A stretch of DNA of 58,950 nt, taken from NCBI GenBank assembly GCA_943349045.1, contig CALQZC010000001.1:1-58950 (forward strand), read 5' to 3'. This stretch comes from Candidatus Peribacteria bacterium (lineage in GTDB: Bacteria > Patescibacteriota > Gracilibacteria > UBA1369 > UBA12463). Numbering within the stretch: position 1 is the first letter of the stretch; the number at the start of each line of letters is the position of its first letter. The position numbers and the translations under genes are program-made. Below, in pieces: positions 30,397 to 39,620 of this stretch. The notes beneath the pieces are model-generated. The model had not been told where the DNA came from and made no database searches. It saw only the letters and a list, made by a program, of their open reading frames with translations.

Positions 30397-30999
30397 CTAC
30401 CACTTCATCCCCATATCCTCCAGCACCGTCCGAAGCGCCCTCAAAGCTCGATACTGCAAAATTCGCAGGCTCCCCTCGCTCTTCTCGAGCATCGTCGAAA
30501 TATCCTTATTAGAGAGCTCATTGATGTATTTGAGGATCAAAAACTGCTGGTAGTCATCCTTGAGATGCTTCAATCCTTTATGGAGAAGGTCGTTGTCGAG
30601 CTTACGTTCCGTTGTAACGCCCGGATGAAACTCAGCGCGGTATTCCTGATAGTCCTCGGTAATCGCCTCAACCGAGTGATTGAGACGATAGTGATCGACC
30701 ACCAGATTATGGGCAATCCGAAAGAGCCACGAAGAAAACGTATTTCCATTATTCGCGTACTTCTGAATATTCTCCCACGCCTTCACGAACACCGTCTCAA
30801 CGAGATCCTCGGCATCAGCGTGATCGACACGAAAGTAAATATACCGATAAATCTGATCAATAAAACGTTCATACAGCATCGCAAAAGCATCGCGATCACC
30901 CTGTTTTGTTCGCTCAACCAGCGTTTGAATTTCAAGTTCAGTCATGGAATCGTTAAAAACAGTATCCGAATTATATAAGGAACGAAAGCGCTTTTTCAA
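30397..30999 (-). CDS. ECF-type sigma-70 family RNA polymerase sigma factor
   Basis: Region 2 (DAEDLVETVFVKAWENI...FSSWLFRIAHNLVVDHYR) and region 4 (LKYINELSNKDISTMLEKSEGSLRILQYRALRAL) are both present. Confidence 0.85.
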   Translation of the reverse strand: MKKRFRSLYNSDTVFNDSMTELEIQTLVERTKQGDRDAFAMLYERFIDQIYRYIYFRVDHADAEDLVETVFVKAWENIQKYANNGNTFSSWLFRIAHNLVVDHYRLNHSVEAITEDYQEYRAEFHPGVTTERKLDNDLLHKGLKHLKDDYQQFLILKYINELSNKDISTMLEKSEGSLRILQYRALRALRTVLEDMGMKW

Positions 31000-31906
31000 C
31001 CTCTTTCACCGAACCAGCAATGATCGGACAACGTTGATCAATCGCCTCAATAGATTTTTCCATCATGGAAATTTTTCCATCACTCACCGCACCACCAGCT
31101 TCCACAATCGCAAACCCCATCGTTCCGCACTCAAACAAGAGCCGCAATTTACCATTCGGTTCATCAGTATACCCAGGATAGGTAAAGACACCTTTTCCCT
31201 TGAGAAGAATATGATTTATGTCGGGAACCATACCGCCCGAGTAGCGAAGCGTGTACTGACCTTCAAGCCAGAAATCAACGAGCCGCTTATATCCAGGGTT
31301 CTTGAGACACGCCCGCAGGTTTCCAGGAGCGAAGTACTTCCCCTCTTCGGCAATTTTCAACTCAGTTTTTTGCAACATAAACCCACCATCCGTGAGCAAA
31401 TACTGATGCACACCTTTCCCCTTGAGCGCGACAAACAGCGTCGTCCTCGGGCCATACACCGCAATCATAGCCGCGTGCATCTCACCTGGCTTTTTACCAA
31501 TGAACGAGCCCTTCGGATAGATGCCAATAATCGTCCCCACCGCAAAGTTCACATCCACCAGCGATGAGCCATCAAGTGGATCAAAAGCAATAGAAAATTC
31601 TGCAGAATTTTCTACGTTCCCTGTACCCGCCTTCTGCTTACTTATCTGTATCTCCTCAGGAAGCTCCTCCGACGCCACGTAATCCACCAGCGGCTGCTCG
31701 CGAAGTACCTTCAAGAGGACATCATTCGAGGCGACATCGAGTTTGAGCTGCTGTTCGCCAAACACATTCTGCGTACCCGCGTACCCCAGCGCTGCACCCG
31801 TCCGAACAATATTCGAGATTTCATACACGCCCTGCGCGCAGGCCATCATGACCTGGTGCAAGCCTTCATCAGCTCCGAGTGTTTTGAGGTGTTCGTCGAG
31901 TTGCAT
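30971..31906 (-). CDS. fbp: class 1 fructose-1,6-bisphosphatase
   Basis: 311 aa with the FDPLDGSS metal-binding motif and the GGMVPD segment. Its 3-prime end overlaps the sigma-factor ORF. Confidence 0.85.
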   Translation of the reverse strand: MQLDEHLKTLGADEGLHQVMMACAQGVYEISNIVRTGAALGYAGTQNVFGEQQLKLDVASNDVLLKVLREQPLVDYVASEELPEEIQISKQKAGTGNVENSAEFSIAFDPLDGSSLVDVNFAVGTIIGIYPKGSFIGKKPGEMHAAMIAVYGPRTTLFVALKGKGVHQYLLTDGGFMLQKTELKIAEEGKYFAPGNLRACLKNPGYKRLVDFWLEGQYTLRYSGGMVPDINHILLKGKGVFTYPGYTDEPNGKLRLLFECGTMGFAIVEAGGAVSDGKISMMEKSIEAIDQRCPIIAGSVKEVEKALSFLI

Positions 31907-32325
31907 TAGTTGATCAGGTCAGCTGATACGAAATTATAACTTGAAATTTTCCACTCAGCATCTTCCTTCGTAAGAAAAACATCGATGCCACCCTTTTCAC
32001 CGGAGACATTTTCAACATTCACATACGCCGTAGCGGTAATCCCATCCTGCTGAACCACCACATTCTTAAAGGTTCGCTTCAGATTCGACTCGAGAAGTGG
32101 GTGTTCGGCAACGTAGTATCGCAGATCATCTTTATCCATTTTTTCACGCTTATCCTTCGCGAGGAAGGTATGCGCCTTTTCGTAATCAGCCACGCTGATC
32201 GCCACAAACTGCTGTTCAACAACCGAGGTAATGAGACTGGTTGGAGTCGATTTGAGAAAGAAAAATGCACCAAGTGCGACGACGGCAACGGCAGCAAGCA
32301 TACTCACGATAACTTTTGTAGACAT
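31906..32325 (-). CDS. membrane-anchored small protein of unknown function
   Basis: N-terminal TM helix and a soluble domain of about 110 aa. Its stop overlaps the fbp start (TAATG). Confidence 0.55.
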   Translation of the reverse strand: MSTKVIVSMLAAVAVVALGAFFFLKSTPTSLITSVVEQQFVAISVADYEKAHTFLAKDKREKMDKDDLRYYVAEHPLLESNLKRTFKNVVVQQDGITATAYVNVENVSGEKGGIDVFLTKEDAEWKISSYNFVSADLIN

Positions 32326-32356
32326 AGCAGATAGAGGTGAGGTGATAAATAATACG

Positions 32357-33412
32357 TTAATCCTGGCTAACCGTTACATCTTGGTCATACGCGACCGGTT
32401 GCTCCATGTCCGATGAATAGGTACCGAGAGACGCCAAACTGTTCATCTTCGCCCGGTGCAAAAAGACCTTTTGCGCAGCCTGAAGATTTTCCGGCATACC
32501 CTTCCAAGTTTTCGTAGCAGCATCCTGAAGCGCCCGAGCATACGAGAACGTCAGTGGCCATGGAAGATTTTTATCCTGATTGATCGCATTGAGATTTTGC
32601 GTCGCCTCGACATCGCCCTGTCCACCAGACAGGAACGCCTCGCCAGCGAGCTCAGAAGGCAGACATTTCTTAAAGACTCGCAAGGTAGTTTCTGCAACCT
32701 GTTCCGGAGATGCCTTCACCCCAAAGTCTTTACCTGGCAAGACCATGCTTGTTTTCAAAATCATACCCTCGAGTGCCACTCCAGCTGCGCGCAACTCCTC
32801 GAAGAGTGCGGTCAAAATCTGTGTGCTCGCCGCCTCAGCCTGTTCAATCGTATGTGTTCCATCAAGTAAAATTTCAGGTTCCACCATCGGCACCAATCCA
32901 TGTTCCTGACAAACAAAGGCATACGCCGCGAGATCTTTCGCATTCTGGCGAATATTTTCCTCGGATGGCATGGATTCACCAATCGTAATCACCGAACGCC
33001 ACTTGCAAAACTTCGCACCGAACTCAACATATTCTTGCAAACGAGCACCAAGACCCTCAAGTCCGCTCGTCAATTTTTCGCTACCTGCATCAATCAAACC
33101 AAGATCCACCTTGATACCCGGCAAAATTCCAGCCGTCTGCAAAATCTCCACAAATGTTTTTCCAGACTTCGTCGTCTGACGAATCGTCTCATCATGCAAA
33201 ATCACTCCACTGATATAGTCACTCTCTCCAGGAACCGTCAGGAGCATCTCTCGAAACGCCCGGCGATTATCTTCAGTATTTTCAAGTTCAATCGAGGCAA
33301 AACGCTTCCCTACCGTCTTCATACTCTCATCCGCCGCCAGAATACCTTTTCCCGGCGCTACCATTTGCTTGGCTACCTTGCTGAGTTCGGCAACCTTTGA
33401 TGTATCAATCAT
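32357..33412 (-). CDS. class I (Schiff-base, eukaryote-type) fructose-bisphosphate aldolase
   Basis: GILAADES near the N-terminus, and LEGMILKTSMVLPG around the Schiff-base lysine. Confidence 0.88.
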   Translation of the reverse strand: MIDTSKVAELSKVAKQMVAPGKGILAADESMKTVGKRFASIELENTEDNRRAFREMLLTVPGESDYISGVILHDETIRQTTKSGKTFVEILQTAGILPGIKVDLGLIDAGSEKLTSGLEGLGARLQEYVEFGAKFCKWRSVITIGESMPSEENIRQNAKDLAAYAFVCQEHGLVPMVEPEILLDGTHTIEQAEAASTQILTALFEELRAAGVALEGMILKTSMVLPGKDFGVKASPEQVAETTLRVFKKCLPSELAGEAFLSGGQGDVEATQNLNAINQDKNLPWPLTFSYARALQDAATKTWKGMPENLQAAQKVFLHRAKMNSLASLGTYSSDMEQPVAYDQDVTVSQD

Positions 33413-33483
33413 AAAAGTGGATTACAAATACCATTAAAATAAGCCGCCACCAGCTTAACGGAAAAGCCCCTAGCGAACAAGAT

Positions 33484-33876
33484 CTATGCATGCGCCGTCA
33501 AAGCTATACTTTCATTTGCCAGATCAAACGCAATTTTGAAAGCTTCAAAAAAGCCTCTTTGACCAACAATTCCATACGATTTATCCATTCCATCCATGAA
33601 ACCAACCTTAAGAGGAAATTTCCAGCCTCCCACCTGCATCTGTATCTCATACAGAAAACAATACCGAGAGTGTCCAGTTACACCGGTAATTTTTCTTTTT
33701 GCAGCACGTGAAAGATTGATACCAAGAGTATGAGCAAGCTCAGTATTAAAAACGGAGATCTCGGCTCCCGAATCTATAAAAACTTCATAATCCATCGCAG
33801 CACGTCCATGAAAAAGCTGAACCGGAATTACTGGACTCAAATGCCCCAAAAGGGATTTTTTATATTTGAAATTCAT
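33484..33876 (-). CDS. retropepsin-like (clan AA) aspartic protease
   Basis: Active-site motif FIDSGAEISVF (DSGA). The size, about 130 aa, is typical of single-lobe retropepsins. I chose the start MNFKYKK at 33876. Confidence 0.7.
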   Translation of the reverse strand: MNFKYKKSLLGHLSPVIPVQLFHGRAAMDYEVFIDSGAEISVFNTELAHTLGINLSRAAKRKITGVTGHSRYCFLYEIQMQVGGWKFPLKVGFMDGMDKSYGIVGQRGFFEAFKIAFDLANESIALTAHA

Positions 33877-34075
33877 AATGATTACATAAACGAAGTCGAG
33901 GAGTCTTTTTAGGGACATAGAGCATAATTGGCCTTTTATATCCTGTAGCACGTGCCTCTTCCATAGTTTCCTTTAAGTTCTTTCCGCTCACAATAACCGT
34001 AACCTCATCTTGCTCAAGCGCAACCCAGAGGCCTTTATACTTTCGATAAATTGGTCGCCAATCAATTGCTGCCAT
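33860..34075 (-). CDS. DUF5678-like small protein
   Basis: IYRKYKGLWVALEQDEVTVIVSGKNLKETMEEARATGYKRPIMLYVPKK matches my recollection of the DUF5678 pattern (KY.GKWVA...G..L.E....A......P....VP). Confidence 0.55.
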   Translation of the reverse strand: MAAIDWRPIYRKYKGLWVALEQDEVTVIVSGKNLKETMEEARATGYKRPIMLYVPKKTPRLRLCNHYEFQI

Positions 34076-34158
34076 AAAAAAGTAATAAAGTGAGACCTTA
34101 TTTTACCAAGCGATCTATCAAATTCCTAATTACATTTTTCTAAAATATTCTTAAACAA

Positions 34159-35220
34159 CTACCTCTCAAGAGTCATGGTATGCACACGATTCGTCGCATC
34201 GGCCATCGCACGACCAATACGCGCGGCTTGTGTTCGGTTAGGTTCGAACGTTGAAGCGCGGAAAGGAGTTCCAAACGGAAGAAGATGACGCTTTACAAAG
34301 TCAGCCGTTACCTGAGGAACACCTTGCTCTCCAGCCATTTGAGCCAGTCTCGTGCCAGGATATCCAGGAACATGAGAAAAGGGAGCGTTAAATTTACCCT
34401 CAATCCCAATCTCGCGAAGATGATCGGCCAACGTGAGTCCAAAATCCTGATCAGGAATAGCAATCGTTGGAATACAGACATCTGGTCGAGCAGGACCACT
34501 ATTACAGCCATCGGAGTAGACATCATCCCATGCATCAACCAATGCAACCGTATCACGCTCATAGCCGGAAAAATCGGTATCCACAAGTGGAGCAAGTTCG
34601 CTCTGTTTCTCACTCAGCTCATTCACTCTCGCCTCATCAAACTCCCCCGAACCCATCGTGTGTGGTTGTAGAACAGCCAAAAGCTGCTGACTATATTGAG
34701 TCATATAGGCGAAGAGGGCATTCATAGAATTCCCATAGGCAACCTTTAATTTCTCATGAACACCAGTAGGAACGGGAAAAAGGAGTGCGCCATCGAGTGG
34801 GCGATTGTGATCCATCGAGGTACGACCACCCATTCGAGGAGAGAGCATGAGGGGACGAAAATTATGCCCCTCGAGCGCAGCGCGTGTTTCCAAAGAAATT
34901 TCATGTGCACCGACATCTCCACGAATATGTCCAAATTTGAGGAGCGCCTTTCCGGCCGGAGTCTGAAAAAATGCCTGAAGATCAGGATCAAGAAAACTGA
35001 GATTCATACGATCCGGATGCGGCGTAGAGTGGGCACTCCAAATAAGTGCATTGAAAGAGGAAAGGCTTGTATCCTCTCCGTTACGACGAGAAGAATTTGC
35101 ATGCTGAATATCAAGATGATCATGGGACAACTCACGTAAATCACCAACCGTTTGAAGAGCCATAGAAGAGGGTATGTAAAAAGAGTATGCAAAATAAGAG
35201 AGCATACTACGTCCACTCAC
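34159..35220 (-). CDS. hypothetical protein (orphan, 334-353 aa)
   Basis: Long ORF with no recognised motif, signal peptide or TM helix. An alternative start lies at 35163 (MALQTVG). Confidence 0.55.
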   Translation of the reverse strand: MSGRSMLSYFAYSFYIPSSMALQTVGDLRELSHDHLDIQHANSSRRNGEDTSLSSFNALIWSAHSTPHPDRMNLSFLDPDLQAFFQTPAGKALLKFGHIRGDVGAHEISLETRAALEGHNFRPLMLSPRMGGRTSMDHNRPLDGALLFPVPTGVHEKLKVAYGNSMNALFAYMTQYSQQLLAVLQPHTMGSGEFDEARVNELSEKQSELAPLVDTDFSGYERDTVALVDAWDDVYSDGCNSGPARPDVCIPTIAIPDQDFGLTLADHLREIGIEGKFNAPFSHVPGYPGTRLAQMAGEQGVPQVTADFVKRHLLPFGTPFRASTFEPNRTQAARIGRAMADATNRVHTMTLER

Positions 35221-35244
35221 AAACGACCGTCAAATAAAATCTAC

Positions 35245-35269
35245 CCATGTGGACCCCTAATTCACATGG
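35245..35269 (-). terminator. possible intrinsic terminator after the rsmH-ftsL-like unit
   Basis: CCATGTG-N11-CACATGG hairpin, followed on the minus strand by GTAGATTTTATTT. Confidence 0.35.
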
Positions 35270-35445
35270 ACAAAGAATTTCAGCCGGGTTTGTGTAGGAA
35301 AGAACAGTGCAGGAACAAACTCACCTTAAACCTCGTAGAGCCACTATGCAACAAAACAACATAAGTCAGATTACGCACACAGCAAAAAAGGCTTATATAA
35401 GCAGAGAAAAGCGTGGTAATTATCTGTAGAAAACTGTCATACACT

Positions 35446-35961
35446 TTATCGACTCGCAATCGAACTTCCACCACCAAGGTGAATAACATTTTTTGCCGGG
35501 CGCATGGAGAACAGGATATCATTCGTCACGACGGAGTGAAGCGACTGTGCCTGAGCGAGCTGCATCGTCATAACCTCATTTTCACGAACGAGCGCCTGAC
35601 GCTTGAACTGAAGATCGCGAAGCACGTAGCCCTTCGTCACGCCCCGAGTTGAAAAAATAAGCGTCATCACGGTACTAACCGCAATCACCGCAACAATTGA
35701 AATAACGAAGACCGCGGGTCGAATATGAAACTTGAAACCCGTTGTTGCCGTATCGTGTTTCATCGCATTCACAGCATCCTGAAACATCTTTAATGGATTC
35801 AAGGATTTCAACACATTCACACTGCTCGAAAAGTGCATTGGTTCACCTACCGGCGCCGCACTCTGAAGCTCTCGCTTCCCGAAGGAACAAGCGAGCATGG
35901 GAGCGGAACGTCGGAGAGCAACGTGTCGAGCACGATGCCCAGGAGAGGACAGACGAAACAT
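35446..35961 (-). CDS. FtsL-like cell-division membrane protein
   Basis: It lies directly downstream of rsmH. It has a single TM helix (AVFVISIVAVIAVSTVMTLIF) followed by a short coiled-coil (LRDLQFKRQALVRENEVMTMQLAQAQ). Confidence 0.55.
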   Translation of the reverse strand: MFRLSSPGHRARHVALRRSAPMLACSFGKRELQSAAPVGEPMHFSSSVNVLKSLNPLKMFQDAVNAMKHDTATTGFKFHIRPAVFVISIVAVIAVSTVMTLIFSTRGVTKGYVLRDLQFKRQALVRENEVMTMQLAQAQSLHSVVTNDILFSMRPAKNVIHLGGGSSIASR

Positions 35962-35979
35962 GGGAGGGGGTGAGGGGTA

Positions 35980-36960
35980 CTAGATCTTTTCAGCCGCGCG
36001 TAATTTAGCACTGCGACTCCTTGGATTTTTTGCGACTTCTTCGTCAGATGGTGTCACGGGACTTTTGGTCAAAACGGAAATGACCGGGGTCGCGGAACAC
36101 TCACATCGCAAAACTTCAGGAGGACAGACACAATCTCGCGTTTGAGATCTTAGAAAATGCTTCACAATGCGATCCTCGAGGGAGTGATAGCTGATCGCTA
36201 CCACTCGGCCGTGAGGCGCAAGCAGTTCAACTGCCTGGGGTAAAACATTTTCTAAAACTTCAAGTTCGGAGTTCACCGCAATACGAAGTGCCTGGAAGGT
36301 ACGGGTCGCTGGGTGAGATTTTCCATGTCGAAGGTTGGCGGGGTAGGCGTGAAAAACGAGATCTTCGAGCTGCTTCGTGGTCGCAAATGGAGCCTTCTTA
36401 CGCTGCTCTACGATCGCTTTCGCAATTTTCCGAGAGAGGCGCTCTTCACCGAACTGGAAAATAATGTCGGCAAGGTCAGATTCACTGTAGGTGTTGACGA
36501 TGTCCGCGGCGGTGAGGAGATTCAGTTCGCGGCTCATTCGCATATCGAGAGGACCTTCATGCTGGAAGGAGAATCCTCGCTCAGGACGAGTGAGATGAGA
36601 AAGGGCAAGTCCGAGATCGAAGAGTATGCCATTGACCGAGGTAACTCCGAGGTCATGGAGCCGTTCTCGCATGTCAACGAAGTTGGAGTGAATAGGAGTG
36701 AATCTTTTGAGACCCTCTTTTCCAAACGTTTCCTTAATTCTGGTGCGAGCAACCTCGATGTGTTCGAGATCCTGATCAAAACTATAGACGTGACCTTTTG
36801 GGCCGACAGCCTCCATCATATCCATGGTATGGCCACCGAGACCAAGTGTCGCATCTACGGCGATATCGCCGCTTTTCAAAGCCAAATATTCATGTACCGA
36901 TTGTCGAAGAACGGGGTCGTGATGAAATGCGGTGGTGTGATGTTCAATTCTTGTATCCAA
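35980..36960 (-). CDS. rsmH: 16S rRNA (cytosine1402-N4)-methyltransferase
   Basis: HHDPVL and DATLGLGGHT motifs, with full-length MraW architecture. Confidence 0.93.
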   Translation of the reverse strand: MDTRIEHHTTAFHHDPVLRQSVHEYLALKSGDIAVDATLGLGGHTMDMMEAVGPKGHVYSFDQDLEHIEVARTRIKETFGKEGLKRFTPIHSNFVDMRERLHDLGVTSVNGILFDLGLALSHLTRPERGFSFQHEGPLDMRMSRELNLLTAADIVNTYSESDLADIIFQFGEERLSRKIAKAIVEQRKKAPFATTKQLEDLVFHAYPANLRHGKSHPATRTFQALRIAVNSELEVLENVLPQAVELLAPHGRVVAISYHSLEDRIVKHFLRSQTRDCVCPPEVLRCECSATPVISVLTKSPVTPSDEEVAKNPRSRSAKLRAAEKI

Positions 36961-37292
36961 CTGGTGTATAACTTTTGTACTCTAAACTGGAGAGTACTAT
37001 AAGGAAGCTGACCAAAGCAGTCAATTATTTGTGTGTGAGTTGTGCACAAAAAATGAACAGTTAGAATAAACTGTACGTCGGAAGCTGACAACGCAGACCA
37101 CAATCGGCAATTACAAATAAAATTGCACAACTTTTTAGTTATTGCATAACAATTGTATACAGTGAGGGGGCGCTCACCTCTTTTGAAGATTTTTTAGATG
37201 AAAAATTTTAACTATAACATTGTGTGAGGGGGTTCGTGGTTTTTCGCGGGAATTTTGTGTGGTTTTTGGTGCTGATTTTCTGGTTAATTTTC

Positions 37293-37321
37293 TTGCATTT
37301 CTGGCTTCTGTCTGCTAGTAT
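37293..37321 (+). promoter_or_regulatory. promoter of the second HNH gene, with a leader of about 105 nt
   Basis: TTGCAT (37293..37298), 17-bp spacer, TAGTAT (37316..37321). The leader contains the hairpin GATCAC-N6-GTGATC (37386..37403). Confidence 0.45.
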
Positions 37322-37436
37322 GTGGTGCACATTACGGATTGCGGCAATCAGACGGAATGATCGAAGAAAAGCCCGCTTACGAGGATCACAGAAGGGTGAT
37401 CAGAGTGAGTTGGTATTTTTTAATTTTTCTTTCTTT

Positions 37437-38282
37437 ATGGTTGATCCAACATTGATGTCTGATGAAGTTTTATTGTCTGTTTGTGTGAGGTACGGAGAAG
37501 AGGCTCGGAAATGGAGGAATAAGTTTCTAGGAATGTTGCCGGAGGTGAACCGTCGGAGACTCTATGAACGGGAGGGATACTCATCCATCGTGGAGTTTGC
37601 GAAGAAAGTTGGTGGAGTGAGCGAGGAGCAGGTGAGACAGGTGCTGCAACTCAAAGAAAAGTTTGAGGAAGTTCCGGTATTGCAGGAGCTACTGGTGAGT
37701 GGAGCGGTGAGCATGCACAAACTGGAACGGGTGGCCTCAGTGGCTAAACCAGCAAACCAGGAGTTTCTGGCCGATCAGGTCCAGATGCTCTCTCGACGAG
37801 CCGTTGACACTCTTGTCAAAGATATAAAAAGATCAGATACCAAATTCCTGTCCGGACAAAGAATGGAATTCTCCATCATCGAAGAAACCATGCAAGTATC
37901 CGTGATGGTGGATCCTGATGTTGGTGAGCAATTGAAGGAACTCCAACACAAAGGCATCGACATCAATGCAGAACTGAGAGTATTTCTGCAAGAACGGGCA
38001 GAAAAAATCAAAGAAGAAAAAGATAAGATTGCGGCAACCTGCCAACCCACCTCGTCCAGATACATTCCTGCACGAACGAAAAAACTACTCAAAAAAGAAT
38101 ACGGAACCAAGTGTTCCATCCAGAACTGCCACAATGAAGCAGTAGATCTCCACCATGAACAACGGTACACCATGGCACTCACCCATGATCCGCACTACCT
38201 CGCACCTGTATGTGAACCGCATCATGAAATTGCACACACGATCGATGTGAAGTACCAGGAGAAGAAGCGGCGGAGAAAATAA
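37437..38282 (+). CDS. HNH endonuclease-domain protein (paralog of ORF 1..762)
   Basis: CSIQNCHNEAVDLHHEQRY...VCEPHHEIAHT. I chose the ATG at 37437 because the GTG extension to 37224 in the track would run through the promoter-like sequence. Confidence 0.75.
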   Translation: MVDPTLMSDEVLLSVCVRYGEEARKWRNKFLGMLPEVNRRRLYEREGYSSIVEFAKKVGGVSEEQVRQVLQLKEKFEEVPVLQELLVSGAVSMHKLERVASVAKPANQEFLADQVQMLSRRAVDTLVKDIKRSDTKFLSGQRMEFSIIEETMQVSVMVDPDVGEQLKELQHKGIDINAELRVFLQERAEKIKEEKDKIAATCQPTSSRYIPARTKKLLKKEYGTKCSIQNCHNEAVDLHHEQRYTMALTHDPHYLAPVCEPHHEIAHTIDVKYQEKKRRRK

Positions 38283-38341
38283 AATAGCGTACCCGCAACT
38301 CACGCACGAAGTTCGGAGCATCCCCCCATCCGCTCACCTCT

Positions 38342-38971
38342 TTACGCTCCCTGGAGCACCCGATACACCTCATCGACACTCACCGGGCCGTGGCGAACAA
38401 TCAGGAAAGGCTCGCCCGACTCGCCGCTCACATCCACAATAGTAGAAGGTGCCGTCTCGGGAATTCGGCCCATATCGACAATAAAATCTGGATGCATAAC
38501 CTCGATGCGATCTTCCAGAAAGGTCTCAACATCATACGCCTGTGGCTCCCCGGTTCGATTGGCACTCGTCGTTACCAGCGGTTCTTCGAACCGTCGCAAC
38601 AGCTCAAGCGTAAATCGATGATCCGGACATCGCAGTCCGACAGACATCAAACCAGGATTAATATAAGAAGGTAACGCCTCGCGTCTCTTCACAATAATCG
38701 TCAACGGTCCCGGCCAGAACGCACGAGCCAATTTTTTTGCACGCTCACTAAACTCACCATACTCCTCCGCCTGCTCCAAACTCGACACCATGATCGAGAC
38801 CGGTTTTTCGCGCGGCATTTCTTTGAGCATATAAATCTTCTCAACCGCCTCCGGATAAAAAATATCGGCAGCCAGTCCATAGCACGTTTCGGTCGGATGC
38901 AGCAGAACGCCGCCCTTCTCCAGAACCTGTAGCGACTCAACGATGAGATGTTCAAAACCATCAGTACTCAT
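38342..38971 (-). CDS. tsaC: L-threonylcarbamoyladenylate synthase (YrdC/Sua5 family)
   Basis: YrdC-domain motifs LHPTETCYGLAAD and TSANRTGEP. Confidence 0.88.
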   Translation of the reverse strand: MSTDGFEHLIVESLQVLEKGGVLLHPTETCYGLAADIFYPEAVEKIYMLKEMPREKPVSIMVSSLEQAEEYGEFSERAKKLARAFWPGPLTIIVKRREALPSYINPGLMSVGLRCPDHRFTLELLRRFEEPLVTTSANRTGEPQAYDVETFLEDRIEVMHPDFIVDMGRIPETAPSTIVDVSGESGEPFLIVRHGPVSVDEVYRVLQGA

Positions 38972-39076
38972 GCGCTCTATTGTAGCGGATTTTTTCGCTT
39001 TTCAAAGGGATCAAAAAAAAGATACAATAACCCCCAACCCTCAATACTCCCACTTTCATCCCTAACCCCCTACTGT

Positions 39077-39535
39077 ATGGCGCAACTAAACGGCACACCT
39101 CGTGCTATTTCGGAACAACAAGCCGCAGAAAGAATGATGGCAGATGAGGCATTACATGTTATTGAAACATACCTCAAGAGCCAGGGGGAGGGTGGAATTA
39201 CGGTTGGCCATTCAGCCACAACTGGCAAACTTCACGGAAACGCGGCACTAAAAATAGCCTATCTTTATGGGAGAGAAATTAAGTCATTTAGACGAGATGA
39301 ACAAGCGCACGTCGCACAATCAGCACGAAATTTAGTACGAATACTCAACTCAAAGGTCATCCAAGATCAAGGTATCATCGATGCCATAACGACCCTCGCA
39401 GTATTTCTCGCAAACCAATGTCCAACCATACAGGTATTTCCAAGTGGCCCTGAGCCGGAAGAGACGGCCAAACCAGTATCAATCAGCAGCTGGGTTCATG
39501 GCAATGTAGGGCGAACACTGGAAGCTACCATGTAA
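39077..39535 (+). CDS. hypothetical protein
   Basis: 152-aa ORF starting at MAQLNGTPRA. The track start at 38948 would overlap tsaC. Confidence 0.5.
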   Translation: MAQLNGTPRAISEQQAAERMMADEALHVIETYLKSQGEGGITVGHSATTGKLHGNAALKIAYLYGREIKSFRRDEQAHVAQSARNLVRILNSKVIQDQGIIDAITTLAVFLANQCPTIQVFPSGPEPEETAKPVSISSWVHGNVGRTLEATM

Positions 39536-39620
39536 GCACGGTACTCATTGACTCTCCTTGAAAATCCTCTAAACTGGGGGCGTTTTGTAGTAGTATTTCC
39601 TATTCCTAAAACCCATTTCC

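Noticed and set aside
36313-37002. 229-aa plus-strand ORF
   Set aside because: It is antisense to rsmH, which has clear methyltransferase motifs.
37224-37436. GTG-initiated N-terminal extension of the second HNH ORF (hydrophobic FVWFLVLIFWLIF...)
   Set aside because: The extension covers a TTGCAT-17-TAGTAT promoter and a T-rich leader. Similarity to the paralog begins only after the ATG at 37437.
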